A stretch of 64,000 nt of DNA, taken from contig JAKIZT010000002.1 in assembly GCA_022707885.1 (NCBI GenBank), forward strand, positions 34,458 through 98,457, in the 5' to 3' direction. Position numbers and translations under genes: made by a program. The notes under the pieces are model-generated. The model made no database searches. It was not told the DNA's origin and saw only the letters and a list, made by a program, of their open reading frames with translations. The stretch's first letter is position 1. Every line of letters starts with the position of its first letter. Shown in pieces: positions 38,819 to 47,935 of this stretch. Source of the DNA: Caldisericales bacterium (GTDB lineage: Bacteria > Caldisericota > Caldisericia > JAAYUI01).

Positions 38819-40032
38819 GATGCCTCCTTGCCTTTGATGAATGTCATTTTTGCGTGGTCCACGCCAAGTTCATAGGGTATCATTCTGTAAGATTCAACAT
38901 CATAAATGACAAAATCAGCCCTCTTGCCTTTTTCTATAGAGCCGACCCTGTCGTGTGACCTGATGGAGTATGCAGCATTGATTGTGGCAGCAGATATAGC
39001 CTGCGCCGGCGTCATGCCCAGCTTCAAGCATGCCAGCCCGACAATAAATGGCATTGACTGGATCGTGCAGGAACCTGGATTTCTATCAGAAGCAATGGCG
39101 ACAACACAACCTGATTCAATAGCTTTTTTAGCCCTTGCAAAAGGTTTGCCCAAAAAGAAAGATGTCCCAGGAAGAAAAGTCGCAACAGTTCCCGATCTGG
39201 CCATGTCCTCAAATCCTTTGTCCGAAGCGCCGATCAGGTGGTCCGCAGAGACAGCACCCAATTTTGCGGCAAGGGAAGCGCCACCAGTATCAGCAAGCTC
39301 GTCTGCGTGAAGTCTCACCGGCAAGCCAGAATCTTTTACAATCTCCTCTGTTTCCTCGTTTGTGAATGCCCCCTTATCGCAGAACACATCGATAAAATCA
39401 GCATAGGGCTTGCATACATAGAGCATCTCTCCTTTGATAAGGGAAACAAAATCATTCCTGTCAATATTTTTGGGTATGGCATGGGCACCCATGAAGGTTG
39501 TTTTGGCCTCAACACCGAAATCATGGATGAGTTTTTTTGCAACCATGAGCATTTTCATCTCTGCATTGGCCTCAAGCCCATAGCCTGACTTCATCTCAAA
39601 AGCTGTCGTTCCGGTTTTGATCATTGCCTTCAGGCGTTCTGCCGACTGGGTATAAAGCTCTTCATAAGAGGCCAATCTGGTGGCGTTGACAGTGTTGAGT
39701 ATGCCACCACCCTTTGCCATTATCTCCTCGTAGGTCGCGCCCTGGAGTCTCATTTCAAACTCGGCCGACCTGTCACCAGCAAAGACAATGTGAGCGTGGG
39801 AATCCACAAAACCAGGAAGGACACAACACCCATTGGCATCAATGATGGTTTCGGGTTCGTAATTTGAGACAATCTCGCTTTCTGTTCCAACAGCAACAAA
39901 AATACCATTTTTGACAGCAAAAGAGCCGTTTTTAATGATGGCCAGATCGTCCATCTGGCTGCCCTTTCGCGGACACGGGCCAGTCAGGGTCAAAAGTTCC
40001 GAGCAGTTGCGAAGTATCAGATCGGCTTTCAT
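38806..40032 (-). CDS. hutI: imidazolonepropionase
   Basis: Amidohydrolase with VDSHAHIVFAG metal-binding motif. 408 aa. Overlaps ftcD. Confidence 0.85.
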   Translation of the reverse strand: MKADLILRNCSELLTLTGPCPRKGSQMDDLAIIKNGSFAVKNGIFVAVGTESEIVSNYEPETIIDANGCCVLPGFVDSHAHIVFAGDRSAEFEMRLQGATYEEIMAKGGGILNTVNATRLASYEELYTQSAERLKAMIKTGTTAFEMKSGYGLEANAEMKMLMVAKKLIHDFGVEAKTTFMGAHAIPKNIDRNDFVSLIKGEMLYVCKPYADFIDVFCDKGAFTNEETEEIVKDSGLPVRLHADELADTGGASLAAKLGAVSADHLIGASDKGFEDMARSGTVATFLPGTSFFLGKPFARAKKAIESGCVVAIASDRNPGSCTIQSMPFIVGLACLKLGMTPAQAISAATINAAYSIRSHDRVGSIEKGKRADFVIYDVESYRMIPYELGVDHAKMTFIKGKEASWPD

Positions 40033-40664
40033 GGTGTTTTTATTGAAAGAATCATTTTTTCTATTGCTTTTTTCTCTTCATCGCCAGAGTAAGACCCATT
40101 GAAGAAAATCATTGCACCCTTTGACTTTACGGTGGCCATGGGCCAACCCTCCTCAAAAGTGTATGATCCTTCTTTTACCCCTGGAATTTTTTCACCTTTC
40201 TGGAAGATTTCCTCGGTCATATACTTCTTTGGATCGTTAACACCACCAATATAACCAAAAAATTTGTTGTAATGATCTTTGTCTCCAACCCATTCTTTCA
40301 AAAAGACCGCGCAGGTGAGAACATCGCCAGTAAAATTCTTCATTTGATCATCCATATTCTGGCCTTTGGGATAGAAAACGAAGGAATAGCTTGCATGACC
40401 AAGCGAGCTGTCAAATTTGACAACATCAGCACCCTTATAATATATCCAGCCTTCCGGCAGCTCCATCTCGAAAAGACCATTTGGATCGCTAAACAAATTA
40501 TCTTTTTTAGGGACAGGTCTTGTTAGGAAAAATATTGCTGTACCCACTGCGGCAAGAACAATAATTACAAGAAGACTATAAAGTAGGTTTTTTATAAATT
40601 TCTTCTGTTTACCTTCTACACGCCTGTGCATCCTTACTTTTGATAAACGGTTTTTGTTAGACAT
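40029..40664 (-). CDS. membrane-anchored secreted protein, GPFF-motif family paralogue
   Basis: TM anchor LLYSLLVIIVLAAVGTAIFFL then NGLFEMELPEGWIYY, resembling the three tandem lipoproteins at 21.1-22.7 kb. Confidence 0.5.
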   Translation of the reverse strand: MSNKNRLSKVRMHRRVEGKQKKFIKNLLYSLLVIIVLAAVGTAIFFLTRPVPKKDNLFSDPNGLFEMELPEGWIYYKGADVVKFDSSLGHASYSFVFYPKGQNMDDQMKNFTGDVLTCAVFLKEWVGDKDHYNKFFGYIGGVNDPKKYMTEEIFQKGEKIPGVKEGSYTFEEGWPMATVKSKGAMIFFNGSYSGDEEKKAIEKMILSIKTP

Positions 40665-40670
40665 CCTTTT

Positions 40671-42113
40671 TTACCCCTTCACAACACCAAGTGGTCTCAT
40701 TTTTGCGATTTTTATGGCAATTCCAGCATCATCCAGGACATCAACCACCATGGCAACATCCTTGTAGGCCTCAGGGGCTTCTTCGCTGACAGTTTCAGAA
40801 TTTGCCGCTTTTAGGTATGTCCCGTTCTGCCTCAGTTTCTCAATGACCTGTCCGGGTCTGTAATTTTTGATTGCCTGCGTTCTGGAAAGCACCCTTCCCG
40901 CACCATGACAGCAAGATGCAAAAACTTCTTCAGCGCCTTTCTTTTTACCAACCATGACAAAAGAGTATCGCCCCATATCACCTGGAACAAGTACTGGATG
41001 GCCAGTCTCCCTGTATGCTTCAGGAAGCCCAGGGAAACCTGCAGGAAAGGCCCTTGTGGCACCCTTGCGATGAACAACCACTTTTCTACCAAGGTGCGTT
41101 TCCCTCTTCGCAATGTTATGGGCAATATCATATACAATTCCCAAACCGAGTTTTTCCTGGTTCATTCCAAGGGACCTTTCAAAGCTCTCCCTTATCCAAT
41201 GAGTTATCATCTGTCTGTTTGCCCAGGCATAGTTTGCCGATGCAGCCATGGCACCAAAATAGCGCTGGCCTTCGGGAGACATGAATGGCGCGCATGCAAG
41301 CTGCTTGTCTGGAAGTTCGATTCCATACATTTTTGCAGCACTTTGCATGACATCTATGTAATCAGTTGCTACCTGGTGCCCGAGACCCCTTGACCCAGTG
41401 TGTATTAGCACGACCATCTGGCCAATAAAAAGCCCAAATGTTTTTGCTGTTTCCTCATCATAAATCTCGGTGACTTCCTGAATTTCAAGAAAATGGTTGC
41501 CTGCGCCAAGAGTCCCAAGCTGTGGTGAACCCCTCTTTACTGCTTCTTTTGAAACAGCATCAGGGTTTGCTCCAGCCATTTGCCCGCCATCTTCAATGAA
41601 TTGCAGGTCTTCCTGACAGCCATAACCTTTTTTGACCGCCCAGGCAGAACCTTCAACCAGCACCTTTTGGAGCTCCTGGCGTTCCAGCCTTATTTTTCCT
41701 TCGGAGCCCACGCCAGATGGAACATTGCCATAAATCGAGCCAACTATTTTTTCGATGTGCTTTATAATATCGCTAGCCACCAGATTGGAGCGAAGGAGCC
41801 TGACTCCGCAATTGATATCGTATCCGACACCGCCAGGGGAGATGATTCCCTCTTTTTCATCAAATGCTGCCACGCCACCAATCGGGAAACCATAGCCCCA
41901 ATGGATGTCAGGCATGGCAAATGATGCCCTGATTATGCCAGGCAAAGAAGCAACATTGGAGACTTGTTCTAGCGCATTGTCTGCAAAAAGACCCTGTTCC
42001 ATGGGAACAGAACAAAAGACAATCCCCGGCACCCTCATAAAAGCTTTGTGAGTGACGGGGATTTCAAGCCGGTTTTGGTCCAGCCTGTTTGTTTTACCTT
42101 GCCAAACAGCCAT
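40671..42113 (-). CDS. rtcB: RNA-splicing ligase RtcB
   Basis: 480 aa with conserved His/Cys metal-ligand blocks typical of RtcB (…GYDINCGVR…, …NHAGAGR-like CHGAGR). Confidence 0.85.
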   Translation of the reverse strand: MAVWQGKTNRLDQNRLEIPVTHKAFMRVPGIVFCSVPMEQGLFADNALEQVSNVASLPGIIRASFAMPDIHWGYGFPIGGVAAFDEKEGIISPGGVGYDINCGVRLLRSNLVASDIIKHIEKIVGSIYGNVPSGVGSEGKIRLERQELQKVLVEGSAWAVKKGYGCQEDLQFIEDGGQMAGANPDAVSKEAVKRGSPQLGTLGAGNHFLEIQEVTEIYDEETAKTFGLFIGQMVVLIHTGSRGLGHQVATDYIDVMQSAAKMYGIELPDKQLACAPFMSPEGQRYFGAMAASANYAWANRQMITHWIRESFERSLGMNQEKLGLGIVYDIAHNIAKRETHLGRKVVVHRKGATRAFPAGFPGLPEAYRETGHPVLVPGDMGRYSFVMVGKKKGAEEVFASCCHGAGRVLSRTQAIKNYRPGQVIEKLRQNGTYLKAANSETVSEEAPEAYKDVAMVVDVLDDAGIAIKIAKMRPLGVVKG

Positions 42114-42115
42114 TG

Positions 42116-42490
42116 TTACTGCTGTTTTGCCAGTGTCTTAAGGTTTGTTTTCGACCTGCCAGAGAATGTTACATTTTCCTCAATCCTGAAACGGGATGTT
42201 TCAAGATTGACATCGCCGAGCAATTTTGAGCCCTCAAGAAGTTCAATTACGTCTGTGCAGAAGAGGTTGCCTTCTATGGTGCCAAGATTGGTCACGGATT
42301 TCATTCTGATGTCACCCTTGATGTGTGCAGTACGGCCAACAATGAGGTGGCCTTCGCCTTCAACATTGCCTTCAAGCGTGCCGTCTATTCTTAAAATGCC
42401 ATTACAATAAATTGTGCCTGTAATTTTCAGCGTTGAGGATATATAGGACTCGGAACGGTCCCTCACCTCTGATGTTGGTTTTCCAAACAT
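42116..42490 (-). CDS. bactofilin family cytoskeletal protein
   Basis: Beta-helical repeats (…ITGTIYCNGILRIDGTLEGNVEGEGHLIVGRTAHIKGDI…). Confidence 0.75.
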   Translation of the reverse strand: MFGKPTSEVRDRSESYISSTLKITGTIYCNGILRIDGTLEGNVEGEGHLIVGRTAHIKGDIRMKSVTNLGTIEGNLFCTDVIELLEGSKLLGDVNLETSRFRIEENVTFSGRSKTNLKTLAKQQ

Positions 42491-42503
42491 GTTTTTGTTG
42501 CTC

Positions 42504-43436
42504 CTAGAACGGGAACTTCATCGGATCTACCGATTTGTCGTTGATTCTTATTTCGTAATGGCAATGCGGTATATCAGAATTGCCGGTTGAACCTGTCAGC
42601 GCAATGACCTGGCCAATTTTTATGCCATCACCCTTCTTGATCAATATTTTGTCGCAATGACCATAGCGGGTGACAATGCCATCGCGGTGGAGGATATCAA
42701 CACAAAGGCCATAGCCAGAGAACCACTCGGCTCTTATTACAGTTCCTGAAGCAGTGGCATGGAGTGGTGTTCCAAGCGGGGCAACGATGTCTATCCCTTC
42801 ATGGAAACTACCAGTCCACTCTCTCCAGCCAAAGAAAGAGGTCAATCTTCCCTGGAGTGGCCATCCAGTTGGTGTACGGTCTCTCAGGTCTTTGTATTCC
42901 TGGGCATAGGCATTCATTACAGAAAGGGCCCTTGTTCTTTCATCGCTCTCTTTAATGATGTGTTCTGAGGTTTTCTGTAGGTTGTCATAAGTGACAGGCA
43001 AATAAGCGGCAGGCTTCGGAACAGACTCCTGCTTGAGGCTGTTTTCTGCAATCACCTGCTCGAGAGTGTTGTTTGGGGTTACAACCGCTACGGAAGCCTT
43101 TACTTCTTTGTTAAGATTTGAAAGATAATTAAGATATTCCTCAACAACTGCAAACTTGTTCTGGATGTTGTTGAGTCTGTTCGAGTAATCGTAAAGCATT
43201 TCCCTCTGAAGATCAACCAGTCTGCGGCTTGAACCCTGGCGCAACGTTTCTATATTGGCCTGCATCTGGTTGTACCTGAATACCAGCTGTCCCAACATGG
43301 TTGAAGCCATCACGACAACCACCAGGATAGTGTAGAGTGCCGCGAACGGCAGTCTAATTATTCTGACTGGTGAGTCATAGTGTGGCATGAACATCATGGT
43401 GAGAGAGTTTGTTTTTGTTTTGTGCCTTAAAAGCAT
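42504..43436 (-). CDS. M23 family metallopeptidase (LytM-like)
   Basis: HEGIDIVAPLGTPL…GNSDIPHCHYEI motifs. N-terminal TM and coiled coil. Confidence 0.8.
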   Translation of the reverse strand: MLLRHKTKTNSLTMMFMPHYDSPVRIIRLPFAALYTILVVVVMASTMLGQLVFRYNQMQANIETLRQGSSRRLVDLQREMLYDYSNRLNNIQNKFAVVEEYLNYLSNLNKEVKASVAVVTPNNTLEQVIAENSLKQESVPKPAAYLPVTYDNLQKTSEHIIKESDERTRALSVMNAYAQEYKDLRDRTPTGWPLQGRLTSFFGWREWTGSFHEGIDIVAPLGTPLHATASGTVIRAEWFSGYGLCVDILHRDGIVTRYGHCDKILIKKGDGIKIGQVIALTGSTGNSDIPHCHYEIRINDKSVDPMKFPF

Positions 43437-43753
43437 TTAACACCTCCGAGGGTTCTGGCGCCTGGGGCCAATAAATCGACGTTTAATAAATCAACGCCCA
43501 TGGCACCTCGCTTTGGGGTTTCTACTACAAAAAACATCATTGCCATAGATTTTGTTGAGATTGCTTGTTCCCTGACAATTCTTTCAATTTCAGCCTGCTT
43601 TCTTTCGGCGGCCATTCTGTTTGTTACAACAAAAGCTGTGATTACAGAGCAAAGTAAAATAAAAAATACCAAAATGATTGAAAACTTGAAACCAAAACCC
43701 CTGTTTATACTTCCCTTCCTACTCATCAACATACTAACCCCTTTTCCCCCCAC
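43427..43753 (-). CDS. small TM plus coiled-coil protein (FtsB/DivIC-like septum protein, tentative)
   Basis: TM helix FSIILVFFILLCSVITAFVV followed by AAERKQAEIERIVREQ. Lies between two M23 peptidase genes. Confidence 0.35.
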   Translation of the reverse strand: MGGKGVSMLMSRKGSINRGFGFKFSIILVFFILLCSVITAFVVTNRMAAERKQAEIERIVREQAISTKSMAMMFFVVETPKRGAMGVDLLNVDLLAPGARTLGGVKCF

Positions 43754-43805
43754 TGGAAAAGATTTTCATAGAAAACCCCGTTTTGAACAACTTTTATCCA
43801 GGATG

Positions 43806-44870
43806 TCATTTCCCACCATCCTGTTTTTTTTGCTGAGCCGGAACTTCTTTTTTGAGGTATTTCTGGCTTATGTTTACATTGCGGATATATTCATCTGGGT
43901 CCGTTGGCCTGTTGTCTATCGTTATTTCAAAATGGATGTGCGGGCCTGTCGAGGTTCCTGTTGAACCCACATAGCCTATCAGGTCACCTCTCTTGACCAT
44001 GTCGCCTTCTTTTACAACAATCTCGTCGCAATGGCCATACCTGGATACAATTCCATTCTCGTCCTTGCGATGGAGAATATCTATGCAAAGACCATAGCCA
44101 CCGTACAACTTTGCTCTGGTAACAACACCATCGGCAACCGCATAAATCGGTTCACCAAGTTTGCCTTCAATGTCGATCCCTGTGTGGTTATCGAATGTTC
44201 CCCAAATTGGGTGGATCCTGTACCCAAAACCAGGATTGTGGTCCCTTGTTTCACCGTCTGGAACCGGGTAGCAGTTTGGCGTGTGCGTCCTGAGCCAGTA
44301 AAGATTGTCGGTTATACGCTCTGCCTGGGCGAAAATGTGGGTTGTGCTGTCAATTTTTTGGAGTATTGTTGCCGCTTTGGCAGAAATAACTGAACCCTGA
44401 TCTGAAAGTTGAGGATTGGTGGCAAGCTCGCGATATGGTTTTGAATTGAATATCTCCTTGAGGGTTTTGTATTGCGGGGCTATTTCGTCTTTTTCCCTGA
44501 TTGTTTTATCTTTGGATTCAAGCTGTTTTGTGGCCTCAAGAAGTTGGGTTGCTGACTCTGAATATATCATTTCTTCTGATTTGACATAAGCAATCTGCTC
44601 TGAAAGCAAATAAGAAAGCCTGCCCGTGCCGGTGGACATCAACATACTGAATTCATGAGCTCTGGTTGGATAGGAAACGGTTACAAAGTTGACAAGCATG
44701 CACGAAAGAACGGAGAGTATTATAGTTCCTGCATAAATACTCGCCCATTTCAAGCTAAACGAGAAAGCCCTCTCGTGGCCCGGCAACAAAATCACCGATA
44801 ACCGTTTCGTTTGTTTCTGATTCACACCTAACCTCATCAATGGAATAGTAAAACACAACAAAAAATTCAT
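43806..44870 (-). CDS. M23 family metallopeptidase
   Basis: HTGIDIEGKLGEPI…GSTGTSTGPHIHFEI motifs. Confidence 0.8.
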   Translation of the reverse strand: MNFLLCFTIPLMRLGVNQKQTKRLSVILLPGHERAFSFSLKWASIYAGTIILSVLSCMLVNFVTVSYPTRAHEFSMLMSTGTGRLSYLLSEQIAYVKSEEMIYSESATQLLEATKQLESKDKTIREKDEIAPQYKTLKEIFNSKPYRELATNPQLSDQGSVISAKAATILQKIDSTTHIFAQAERITDNLYWLRTHTPNCYPVPDGETRDHNPGFGYRIHPIWGTFDNHTGIDIEGKLGEPIYAVADGVVTRAKLYGGYGLCIDILHRKDENGIVSRYGHCDEIVVKEGDMVKRGDLIGYVGSTGTSTGPHIHFEITIDNRPTDPDEYIRNVNISQKYLKKEVPAQQKKQDGGK

Positions 44871-45466
44871 TGTTTGGTAATATTTGAGGCAAACAATGAA
44901 CTTCTCAAACGGGTGTTATTGTATTTGCCTCATTTTGTGTGTCAAGCGAAACATGGACTTGCAATATTGTGGAGTGTTTCAAAATGATGAATTTGGTACG
45001 TAAAGAGATTGGGGTGTGCAATAATGGGAACAGTCAGCACACGGTTATTTTCGGGATATTATAGCACACTTAGTTAATAAAATAATTATCTAGACTGCAT
45101 CAAATGCCTCTAAGCATTTTCGGTATCAATTTTATATCCTTATAGTCTTCTAACTATAATAATTTTCAATACTTCAAAAAAACTCAGACTATTCCAATAA
45201 CAAAACCGTTTTTTTACATTCAGGATTAAATCTCAAAAACACCAATTACGATCCATTCTCACAAAAGAAAGTTACACGCAAAAAATTCACCTTTATCTTG
45301 TGCAAATCAATACTCATCAGTTTCATACGCAAACTCATGAGCAACACTTCTTATAAGGGATTTGAGGAATTTATGATCAATACTGATCATGTGGCTATTA
45401 CCAATCTCGCAAAAGGATGGACGTACCACGGCAACCAGCCTTTTTATGCTGAATTTTAAGTGAGGC

Positions 45467-45799
45467 TTATTGCCCCTTTTCTTTCTCCATCTCTCTTTGA
45501 ACCACAAAATCTATGAAATCCTGGATTTGTTTTTTGCCATCCTCTGATAACTCGCTCAACAGGCTTACATTGACTTTGAGACCTTCAAGGTCACCCTCTC
45601 CCAAAAGATAGGCAACGCTGACTCCTAAGAATTTGGCAATTTTAAACAGTGTCTGGATAGTTGGCACAAGCTTGCCATTTTCAAACTCCGAAAGGTTTGA
45701 TTGGGGAATACCGGTGGCCTTCTCAACCTGAATCTGGGTATAGTTGAGCTTTTGTCTTAAAACCCTTATTCTTTGTCCAATGCCCTCAGAATCACCCAT
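45467..45799 (-). CDS. XRE-family HTH transcriptional regulator
   Basis: …IGQRIRVLRQKLNYTQIQVEKATGIPQSNLSEFENGKLVPTIQTLFKIAKFLGVSVAYLL is a Cro/C1-type HTH. Start chosen at MGDSEG. Confidence 0.7.
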   Translation of the reverse strand: MGDSEGIGQRIRVLRQKLNYTQIQVEKATGIPQSNLSEFENGKLVPTIQTLFKIAKFLGVSVAYLLGEGDLEGLKVNVSLLSELSEDGKKQIQDFIDFVVQREMEKEKGQ

Positions 45800-46934
45800 A
45801 ATTACAAATCTATTCCACAATCCAAACTTATCAATAGCCGATTTGCATCTCCACGGCAAATATGCCATATCCTGCTCAAGAACAACAACACCAGCTGATA
45901 TTTTGGAAATGTCTGCCAGAAAAGGTGTGAACCTAATTGGAACAGGCGACATCCTCTATCCGCCATGGGAAATGGAATGGAGAGACTTTCTCTCAAAACC
46001 TCCAAAAAACATTGGGGTTGTCCCTACAACCGAAGTTTCGGTGCATTTTCCTTTTGGTGGCGCCAAAAAAGCATTTCACTTCATACTGGTTTTTTCAAAT
46101 TTTGAGGTCATCGATAACATCAGGGAAAAGCTCTCAAGATATGGAAGGATAAGCGATTTTGCCAGGCCTGACCTCTACATGGAACCGGCACTTCTTGAGG
46201 AGGAAATCTATTCTTCCGATTCTGGATCAACAATCATCCCGGCACACATATTCACACCATACTTTTCAATACTGGGTCGAAGAGGTGTTGAAAAATTCGA
46301 GGATTTAGGAATTTCAAAATCACCCTGCGAAACAGGCATCTCTGCAGACCCGGCCATGTGTGCCAGACTCAAAACGCTTGAGGGGATACCAATTGTCAGT
46401 TTCTCGGATGCACACAGCCCGGCAACAATAGGCAGGGAAGCAACGATCATCGAAAATGGCATTCCGCTGAAAAAATCACTCATGACACCACTCATGACAA
46501 TAGAGTGCTGTCCGGAGTTTGGAAAATACCATGTAACCGGTCACAAACCTTGTGGTGTTGGACTCAGGGAAGATGAAGATTTCGAGGTGTGCCCCAAATG
46601 CGGCAAAAAGATGACTCTGGGAGTGGCGCAAAGGATTGGCAGGCTTGAAAAAAGTGCAGATCCAAAAACACAACCATTCAAAAAGATCATTCCCTTAAAA
46701 GATTTGCTCGTTTTTTCACTTGGACTTTTATCTCCAACCGCAAAATCAAAAAAACTGGCAGAAAAGGCAATCGAAACAATTGGTCCCGAGCTTTACATCC
46801 TTCTGGAAGCTGGTGAGAGCGAGCTTGAAAAAATATTGCCCGAGAAAACCACCGAGATGATATTGAAGGCAAGATCGGGGAACATAAGAATCAGGCCGGG
46901 TTTTGACGGAGAATATGGGGTTGTTGTTTCCTAG
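45780..46934 (+). CDS. PHP-domain protein with C-terminal zinc finger, endonuclease Q-like (TIGR00375-type), tentative
   Basis: N-terminal DLHLHGKY PHP motif. C-terminal cysteine cluster ECCPEF…KPCGVG…CPKCG. Start uncertain (TTG 45744 or ATG 45780); either overlaps the divergent HTH gene 5' end. Confidence 0.5.
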   Translation: MPSESPIITNLFHNPNLSIADLHLHGKYAISCSRTTTPADILEMSARKGVNLIGTGDILYPPWEMEWRDFLSKPPKNIGVVPTTEVSVHFPFGGAKKAFHFILVFSNFEVIDNIREKLSRYGRISDFARPDLYMEPALLEEEIYSSDSGSTIIPAHIFTPYFSILGRRGVEKFEDLGISKSPCETGISADPAMCARLKTLEGIPIVSFSDAHSPATIGREATIIENGIPLKKSLMTPLMTIECCPEFGKYHVTGHKPCGVGLREDEDFEVCPKCGKKMTLGVAQRIGRLEKSADPKTQPFKKIIPLKDLLVFSLGLLSPTAKSKKLAEKAIETIGPELYILLEAGESELEKILPEKTTEMILKARSGNIRIRPGFDGEYGVVVS

Positions 46935-47932
46935 CAGATTCTTGGCAGGAGTTCTCCGGCTGGAGGGTCAAGCACCCTTGTGCCACCAATCCTGGTTTTG
47001 AGGTGCACCAGCTGGGAGCGGGTTTCTGAAACAGAGCCAATAATGCAGGCACCAGCTCCTTGTTCGCTGCCCTTCAGGATTTCCAGCGCCTTTTGTTCAA
47101 ACCCTTTTTTGACTGAAAGAAGCGCCCTGCCCTCACAAGCAAGAGTCAATGGATCAAGCCCCAGCGCTCCGCACATGCCAGACACATCAGGATCAACTGG
47201 CAATAACGCTTCGTCAATATCGATACCAACGCGGGAAGATTGGGCAAATTCGTTGACTATCGCAGAAAATCCTCCCCTTGTGATGTCCCGGCAGGCATGG
47301 ATATTTTCACCAAGCTTGACAAAAAGCTTTTCCAGTATGGGCCATAGTGGGGCAACGTCAGAGTGTATCTGGCCAAAAAATCCAAGTTCGTCTCTGCAAG
47401 CCATTATGCAGGCCCCGTGCCTTCCAAGAGAGCCAGTAACAATCAATATATCACTTGGCTCAAGGCTGGAGCCGCTTGGATGGCAACCATCCATCTGGAG
47501 GCCGATGCCTGAAGTTGTCATGAATATCCCGTCAACAGAACCTTTTTCTACAACCTTTGTGTCGCCGCAAACCACTTTTGTTCCACCCAGATCGGTCTTG
47601 AAGCTCTCCATAATTTGCATCAGTTTTTCTAGCGGAAATCCCTCTTCAATCACAAGTGAAAGTGAAACGGCAACAGGTCTGGCAGCCATCACAGCCAGGT
47701 CATTCAGCGTTCCACATGCCGCAAGCCTTCCGATATTGCCACCAGGGAAAAAGATTGGTTTGACAACAAATCCGTCGGTCGTGAAAGCGAGCCTCCCCTT
47801 TTCCACCCCAAAAACGCCTGCATCATCAAATGGTGCAAGCACATCATTGCCAATAAATGATGCAATCATGTCAACAAGTTTCTTTGATTCGGTGCCACCA
47901 CCGCCCTGCGCAAGTGTTACAAAATTTTTCAT
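46931..47932 (-). CDS. hypE: hydrogenase maturation protein HypE
   Basis: AIR-synthase-related fold. C-terminus …PRIC is the conserved HypE terminal Cys motif. Confidence 0.85.
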   Translation of the reverse strand: MKNFVTLAQGGGGTESKKLVDMIASFIGNDVLAPFDDAGVFGVEKGRLAFTTDGFVVKPIFFPGGNIGRLAACGTLNDLAVMAARPVAVSLSLVIEEGFPLEKLMQIMESFKTDLGGTKVVCGDTKVVEKGSVDGIFMTTSGIGLQMDGCHPSGSSLEPSDILIVTGSLGRHGACIMACRDELGFFGQIHSDVAPLWPILEKLFVKLGENIHACRDITRGGFSAIVNEFAQSSRVGIDIDEALLPVDPDVSGMCGALGLDPLTLACEGRALLSVKKGFEQKALEILKGSEQGAGACIIGSVSETRSQLVHLKTRIGGTRVLDPPAGELLPRIC

Positions 47933-47935
47933 CCG

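Noticed and set aside
45307-45507. 66-aa minus-strand ORF overlapping the 3' end of the XRE regulator gene
   Set aside because: It sits out of frame over the regulator C-terminus and extends into the AT-rich spacer. It has a basic low-complexity translation, no RBS and no domain.
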